54,369 nt of DNA from Callorhinchus milii. Lineage: Eukaryota. The notes below the pieces were generated by a model. That model had not been told where the DNA came from and made no database searches. It saw nothing but the letters and a program-made list of their open reading frames with translations. The translations under genes were made by a program, and so were the position numbers. Of the stretch, positions 48,701 through 54,369 are shown in pieces. The stretch's first letter is position 1; every line of letters begins with the position of its first letter. Location: the NCBI RefSeq assembly GCF_018977255.1, contig NW_024705324.1:1-54369 (forward strand), in the 5' to 3' direction.

Positions 48701-51700
48701 TACCGATCAGACCGCTGAGTTTCTTGATTACAGGTGACAATCAGGTAACTTTCCTGAGTCGGCTTCGTTAAGCCGAAGTCTAATTTGCCAAGACCAACTC
48801 GAGTAAAACGCCTAGACTACGATATGTGAGAACGCATTGAGCATTTATTGAGCGACCCACACAGATATTCGTCATTGAGAGTTTTGTTTGGAGCACCGCT
48901 AAAACCAAGCCTTACCGGAAGTCAATTGGAGGATGACTTCTCATATGCACGCCGTTACTCGGATAAGGCCATTGGGTCTTACGTACAATGTTATTGCAAT
49001 CGTGGAAGATGTAGCCGCAGCGAAGGGGGTACGGCAGCTGTCAGTCGTAGTGAGGCTAAGATTCGCCAGCGGACCGCCACCCCGGTCATACACAGACCCT
49101 GGCCTTGCTGCAGCGTATGGGAGGACCACTTTGTATTGAAAGCAAGCGCGCCGCGAATCTCAACGTATACATCGGTGTCCTACTCGCAGATCGGTGTTGA
49201 CTAAGGATTCGGTCTCGATCTACGCGTTTAAATTGTTCGTCGCGTGCTCATTTCATTTGCGGACGTCTAACTAAGAGCTATGTGGTACAGACCTGTAACC
49301 AGGGGGGCCGAATTGCAAGCTTTCGTAACATCCTAGAGTGAAAGCCTAAGTGCCGAAAGTCTAAGGGCTGATTGTGAGCCCCATGCGGCCTGCTTCGCAG
49401 ATTTCAATGACTGGCATTGTCGATTATGCAATGGCCTTGATACGGCCCGACCGGAACCTTGGGGACATGAAATCTGGATGGCAAGCATAATGGTTTTGAA
49501 CACCCACTAGGACGATCGGGTATCATCGATGCTTGACAGGATAGGGCCAACCATTATGTGATTCAGAAACTAGACTTGTTATGGATTTTTCTTGAGCACA
49601 GCTTAATAGGCCGTAGGAGATCCGTTTTTTATGTTCGGTGTAGTCCTCAATACCAATACCATTTATTGAGCAGGCCGGTCTGAAACTGGTTCGTGGATCG
49701 ACCTCCGGAGAAGGCCTTAAGTCTCGGTTTATTTGGTTCTCTAAGAGCAGTTACGTCAGCGTCGCCACTTGAGTCCGCATGCGCAACTAATCGGAGCGTG
49801 CCTGCGTCGGAATCTACGGTAGACCCTGGATGCGGGCCCTGACTAAACTATAGTTTTTAGAGCGACGTCATTTCTGCTGACGGCGCAGGCCGAAGGAAGA
49901 TACGCTTAAGTAAGTTCGATGGGTATTTCGCAGCAACGGTCTCCGTGGCCAACTGATGTGAAACCGAACCTCTTCAGGAAGCAAAGTATCGATCAGTATG
50001 TAATTTTCTTGTGCACCGTTCTTGGTCCACCTTCGTAACCATTATAGACACTCTCCTGTAACACGCAGTATTCATTATAAAACGATCCGCCTCATGCGGG
50101 TAATTCACGCCTGTCGTAGCTTCTAAGAAACTTCCTATTAGAGAACCGGCCGGACGACAGATACTAAGTAGCTAGTGCTAGAAAAGGCGCCTGGACACCG
50201 AAACAGCATCTGACAGCCCCATACGCGACACTAAGTACAACGAGGCTTACCGCGGAACTAGCACCGGAACAGTGTGACCTTAATAATAGTTAAGGCCGAG
50301 CCGTTAGGGCACCTCTCACGTTATGCGTTCATTTGGTCCCGCTTGACACACGACGGTTGGTACGTCGACCTCAGGCACGCCCCTTGATCAGCCGCAGGGC
50401 GAAGGGCATCATGTGACACCAATAGGTTAGCCTTTCATTTCCTAGGGTTATTTTGCCGACGGTTCAAATTCCATCCTAGTTCGAGCTGGTGTTAACTGAG
50501 ATGGCTCATGTGTTCTCATAAATTTCAGCAGGGATTGCATCAGTCAGCCGTATTAAGAGTGGCGAAATAAAGTGTGTCTGACATACAAGGTTGCCCCAGT
50601 AATGACAACGCTTAGCATCTTCCTAAACTTCTTTATACATTTGCGGCATTAGGTAACTCCTTTTTTGTTAGACGCCAGGAGCGCTGGTAAGGACACTTTG
50701 GGGACAATTACCCATACAGGGTCAAGTTGGCTGAACGCTACACTCAGAATCCGTTGCCCAAGCCGTGGCAACAAGGCTCGGGATTGAGAGGTAGACCCGC
50801 TGGACGTTACTGTTTGCAGGCCTACGTACTGCATGCCACAGAGCTCGTTCCGAGGACGCAAAAATTTAGCCGGTGAATTAAATTAAGTTCCCAAAGTGCT
50901 ACATGTGAGACGATTAGGCCTGAGAGTCTTGAGGTAAATCCCGTAAAGTAAGTGACGACCTCATTGCTCAAGCACCCGATTGTTGGGCTGCGGGTAGAGA
51001 TGGATTTCCCTCGTCTCTAAACGCTTACGTGAATAATGTACGGGTATAACAGGAGTGAGCCGTTTTAGTCACAATAGAAAGCTTGAACGTATGTCCTATG
51101 ATGATATCCACGCTTTCCCGAAAGCTATACCATAGGAACAAAATAGGGCATCATTCTTTAGGCAGAGTAGGATACATAGACCACGCATCCTTATGTGCCA
51201 TGCCTCGAATTGGGGCTCGTGGTGTCGGGAAGACCTTAAGATCCGGCCTTTATGGAGACTCTGAGCGCGAACTTGTTTTTAGGATAGGTCATTTGCATCA
51301 GTGAGCATCTTCCACCGAAGAGACGGGATGTCTGGGTCGGTGTAGCCGCCGTCCTCCGCTAAACTCGTTCATATCGACAGCGACTATCTGTGCAACTGGG
51401 AGAAAATTATGTCAGGAGAAACCATTCTCGGCAAGTCTAAAACACGCGAACAAGGATGAGGAGGATGGGCTCGTAACTGATACCGAGCTTGCTGGACGTC
51501 ACCTTCCTAAAACCAATTGTTTTAAACCGCTCGGACGTGAAGGGCGAGTTGGTACACTCTCATAGCCCAGATCGGCTTGACTTAGATCTACTGCACGCAT
51601 TAAGGATACCTAGCATTTAGAAGTGACGCTAGCGTTCGACATCCTAACCAAGTACAACATCTCTCCTCACCCTACCGATAGAACGTTTATCTAGTACTTT

Positions 51701-53620
51701 GGGAGCGAAGGTCTCAAAGGGCGGCGATTCCACCAGTTCTGTCCATGTGTGAAGGCTGTAGGCAGTTTCTGTTGGTGGATTTGGCTCTCTCAGAGTATTG
51801 TCAGTACGGCAAGGTACATGACTCGAGTGAGCTTGCTGGAGTTCAAGGGGAATAATAAGACGGCCTGCACCGGCACAACGCACCGTCCGATCGATGCGAG
51901 AGAGAGTATCAGCCGGGCAACGACGAGTTACAAGCTCATGCTACAAGATTAATTGCCAACAATCTGGGTTAAGATGCAGCACGTCGTCGTTAAACTGACT
52001 CATCCTATTTTCAGAAATCTCTCCCAGGTGTGGATTATGCTCAACTATTAATGGGAATAAGAGGAAAGAAACCTAGCTTGCACAATGTTGTATTCTGAAT
52101 CAAAGTATCATTGGATATGGCTACGCTTGAGGGTCCAACGCGGTCTCCAACTGAGTTATCTACTGACAGCTTCTTCCCACTCTTCAGACAAGCCTACCCC
52201 AGGCCTATATGTCGAGTCCACATCTTGGCGTTAGGTACTTGATTTTACGCTTGGAACGTAACACTTAACTATTTAGATCCAGGGGCTTGATCGAATACGT
52301 TTGCCTAGACTTACAATGGGTATACTCGTGGAGATGCTCTGGTGCGCCAGGTTAGGGTTGGGTCTTGTCTGGTGGATGGGGACGGGACTCCGGAACGTCA
52401 GCAGGTAGTGACTGCAAGAGTTTGCGGGGAGAGTTAGACAGCCGACGCTATGTGTTGTACGGGTGAAATCAGTTTGTCAAACACGCTGATCACGCCATAA
52501 TCAGTTAATACCTGCAGGCTGTGTCAATTAGAGGGTATAGGCTCATGCTGTTCGAACCTCACCCTACGCTCGGCAGTCCCCAAATATACCACACTTGACC
52601 GGGGAGGACCGATGGCTTAAGGAGTTTCGAAGGGACATCTGATTAGTTGCCTTGGCGCGTTTCTAAATGTGAATGCGAGGTTGCATAAAGCATGACAGGG
52701 TGGAGATAGTTGCTTCGTGCAGGCAGCGCATTGCGCTCGCCCAGGGACTGGAAGGAGGTACTTGTCAATACGCTTATGGTAACAGTCAATACCTCAGGGA
52801 GCTGTAATCAAGGCCGGCAGTTTCTACTAACTGGACAGGTGATAGCACAACGCGCTTCGCTAGCTCCCTGTAACGGTAGGTCCTAGCTAAGACCCTGTAA
52901 CCGTGTGCAGCGTGACGGATTAGATACCGCTGACAAATGGGGTGCCGTATGGAAAGTGTGGACCCACACTTGTCGGGGAAGGCTCAGCGCAGTCTTAATG
53001 TGCAATCATTGTATCATGGCACGTTTGGAGCCATGTCCCAGAGCAGAGTCCGTCTCACGCCGTAGGCCACAGGTGGTCCATCCGGTACGAATACTATTCT
53101 CTCAACCGCTAGTGAGTTAGCTCCTCATCCACATTACAAGTGGTCAATTATTGTTCTATATTGGTTGCGGAGCGACTCGGGAGACTTTCAGTATGGTTCC
53201 TCGCACCGTCGAAGCGAGATGGGTTCTCAGCTATTTTAACTGGCATAAGAGAAAGGAGCTCTCCTACCCCATACACGGGGCCCGGAAGTACGTTAACACC
53301 TCGAACCGAGTCCGCGTCAACGAGCTGCACCACCCGCACGCCGTTCGCCACAACGCGCTACAGACGCAGTCCATGGCGACACGGAGCCAAGGCGAAGTCG
53401 TCGCTGCACTCCGACAACAAAGAAAGCGGTGGATAAAGCAAAGCACTTTGTGGCAATCACCCGAATGTTACAAGACGCAGGGAACTACTAACTTTTATAT
53501 TTATATAGTACTGTAGATGTCCATAATGCAGGTTGATTGGGTTAGATGGTTAACCGCCATTAAAACTGTATAATGGTTATTGGTCGCGAAAGCTTTACGT
53601 GTTAAACTACTGTTAGGTGT

Positions 53621-53864
53621 TCTAGATTTGAAGCTTTCGTGACTGCAAGGATTCATATTCTTAGGTTTTTTTCGGTAAAGTCACGTAGGTAAAAAATTTA
53701 ATTAATAAAAGTAAATAAAAAATAAAATAAAATCACGACGTTTCGGAGGCAAGACGGAAGCTTGTGTTGCCTCCGAAACGTCGTGATTTTTATTTTATTT
53801 TATTCTTTTATTCATTTTTATTTAGAATTTTTACCTACGTGACTTTACCGAAAAAACCTAAGAA
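53621..53864. mobile_element. Short palindromic PLE-derived insertion
   Basis: TSD tactgttagRtgt at 53608-53620 and 53865-53877; arms fold back inside the hammerhead stem II (~53730-53790). Confidence 0.8.
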
Positions 53865-53879
53865 TACTGTTAGATGTGT

Positions 53880-54036
53880 TATGGTGATGTGTTAACTTTC
53901 CTTGTACTTGCGCTACTATCATGTTTGTGTTCTGTTTGTTGTAACGTTCTTACCCCGTGCTCCTACTGGACATCTGTTACAAAGAGCTTTACAGGTCATC
54001 GAATTCCTCCTGCAGTATAAATATTCCGATTCTGAT
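53880..54036 (+). repeat. Dispersed repeat, probable LINE/SINE 3' tail
   Basis: Similar to 29985-30140 and to the reverse complement of ~11660-11760 (gttgtaacgttcttaccc...ctggacat...gattctgat). Confidence 0.55.
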
Positions 54037-54369
54037 GTACGTCAGTCCAAATATGCCAAATTAACATCTGTGATAATAACAAATCGCGTTACCGGTATCT
54101 GCTGTGATCCACATTGCTCACCGTAGCTGTTGGGCTGTTCGGAATGTACCACTCACTCAGCGGGAAGGGGGGGGGGTAACAACAATTTTGCATTAACTTT
54201 TACTTTAAAACATAAACAAGTCACAGCATGATAAAATCATTGTAACTGTTATTATACAATGATTAACAAATTACAATTTGAATCGACGGAATATGGAAAA
54301 GTTTTAGTCATAACAATTGTGAAATAATGGAATAGAATCACCCCTGTGGTTGGTAATGGTTCTCTCTCC

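Noticed and set aside
45751..53290. Short ORFs (60-118 aa) and 8-11 bp repeated words
   Set aside because: About what chance would give in random sequence; no domain motifs

Overview
Repeat-rich animal genomic DNA, probably from a jawless vertebrate such as a lamprey (inferred from GC3-rich TRIM exons and the Tc1/SINE content; not verifiable here). It holds two spliced innate-immunity genes arranged head-to-head. One is a guanylate-binding protein (GBP) gene on the minus strand, with two exons found (16228-16472 and 7595-7719) and missed by the ORF track. The other is a six-exon RING/B-box/coiled-coil/PRY-SPRY TRIM gene on the plus strand (29209-44622). Both carry small frameshifting indels that may be assembly errors. 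The rest is mostly mobile DNA: a near-full-length young Gypsy element (19933-26578), other LTR pieces, two Tc1 elements (one with an intact 340-aa transposase), Helitron, hAT and LINE fossils, MITEs and SINEs. The most notable repeats are Penelope-like (PLE) fragments carrying minimal hammerhead ribozymes, three of them short fold-back insertions with 12-13 bp TSDs. A 5-unit heat-shock element with TATA and Inr lies in a TRIM intron. After a 30-N gap, about 7.5 kb (45751-~53290) looks like random or shuffled sequence, and I can support no feature in it.
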